DNA of 64,000 bases. Origin: Centroscyllium fabricii (Eukaryota). A program made the translations under genes and the position numbers. The number at the start of each line of letters is the position of its first letter. Position 1 is the first letter of the stretch. The notes under the pieces are model-generated. The model saw only the letters and a program-made list of their open reading frames with translations, ran no database searches and was not told the origin of the DNA. Of this stretch, positions 63,736 to 64,000 are shown piece by piece. Location: the NCBI GenBank assembly GCA_051313645.2, contig JBNRSN020000010.1:9114001-9178000 (forward strand), read 5' to 3'.

Positions 63736-63907
63736 CATGTCCGGGAGCTAGTTGGAAGAGAATGCAGAAACGAAGCTTCCAAATTCCTTTTCAATAAAGT
63801 CTTCGAAAGTGGAGCTGTAGCAGCCAGAGCATTGTGGGAAATATTTGTGCAGATGCAGTGTATGAAGCCAAAGCTGCGAGGAATACTCAAAGAAATACAA
63901 GAAAAAG
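63736..63907 (+). CDS. CARD-like death-fold exon, C-terminal half: HVRELVGRECRNEASKFLFNKVFESGAVAARALWEIFVQMQCMKPKLRGILKEIQEK(G)
   Basis: Acceptor TTTTAATTCCAG at 63735, donor G|GTATCA at 63908; 172 nt open, phase 0 in (matches the 59646 donor); CARD helix 4-6 pattern (R.....L...V...G..A.......P.L). Absent from the ORF track. Confidence 0.82.
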
Positions 63908-64000
63908 GTATCAGGTGGTTCACTTTCTCTGCAGTTCGGTATTAAAAAAATATGTTTCCCTTAATACTGTATGTACTATTCCATGGATAGTAAATTGGAA

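Overview
Eukaryotic, repeat-dominated vertebrate DNA, most likely from a cartilaginous fish (inferred from HE1-type V-SINEs, CR1/HER1-type LINEs and Deu-domain SINEs; not provable from the window alone). Most ORF-track entries are decayed transposon fragments or satellite artefacts. Mobile content: many CR1-clade LINE fragments, two Gypsy LTR retrotransposons with both LTRs and 5-bp TSDs (a chromodomain element with a self-priming signature at 28466-33729, and 39043-43138), Penelope-like elements carrying hammerhead ribozyme motifs (including tiny palindromic derivatives), GGCCC-ended MITE-like elements, and a young 221-bp 5S-rRNA-derived SINE with a perfect 13-bp TSD. A tandem-repeat family occurs in 48-, 39- and 49-bp unit variants. 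Reading splice signals by hand gives three + strand host loci: (1) two candidate terminal exons of an unidentified gene (7223-7316, 24030-24108); (2) an apparently disabled BRICHOS/gastrokine-like gene (about 36.5-46.9 kb); (3) the 5' part of a gene with a two-exon CARD-like death-fold domain (50174-63907), probably an NLR-type immune receptor. Family names come from recalled motifs; no database search was run. Coordinates of old repeats are approximate.
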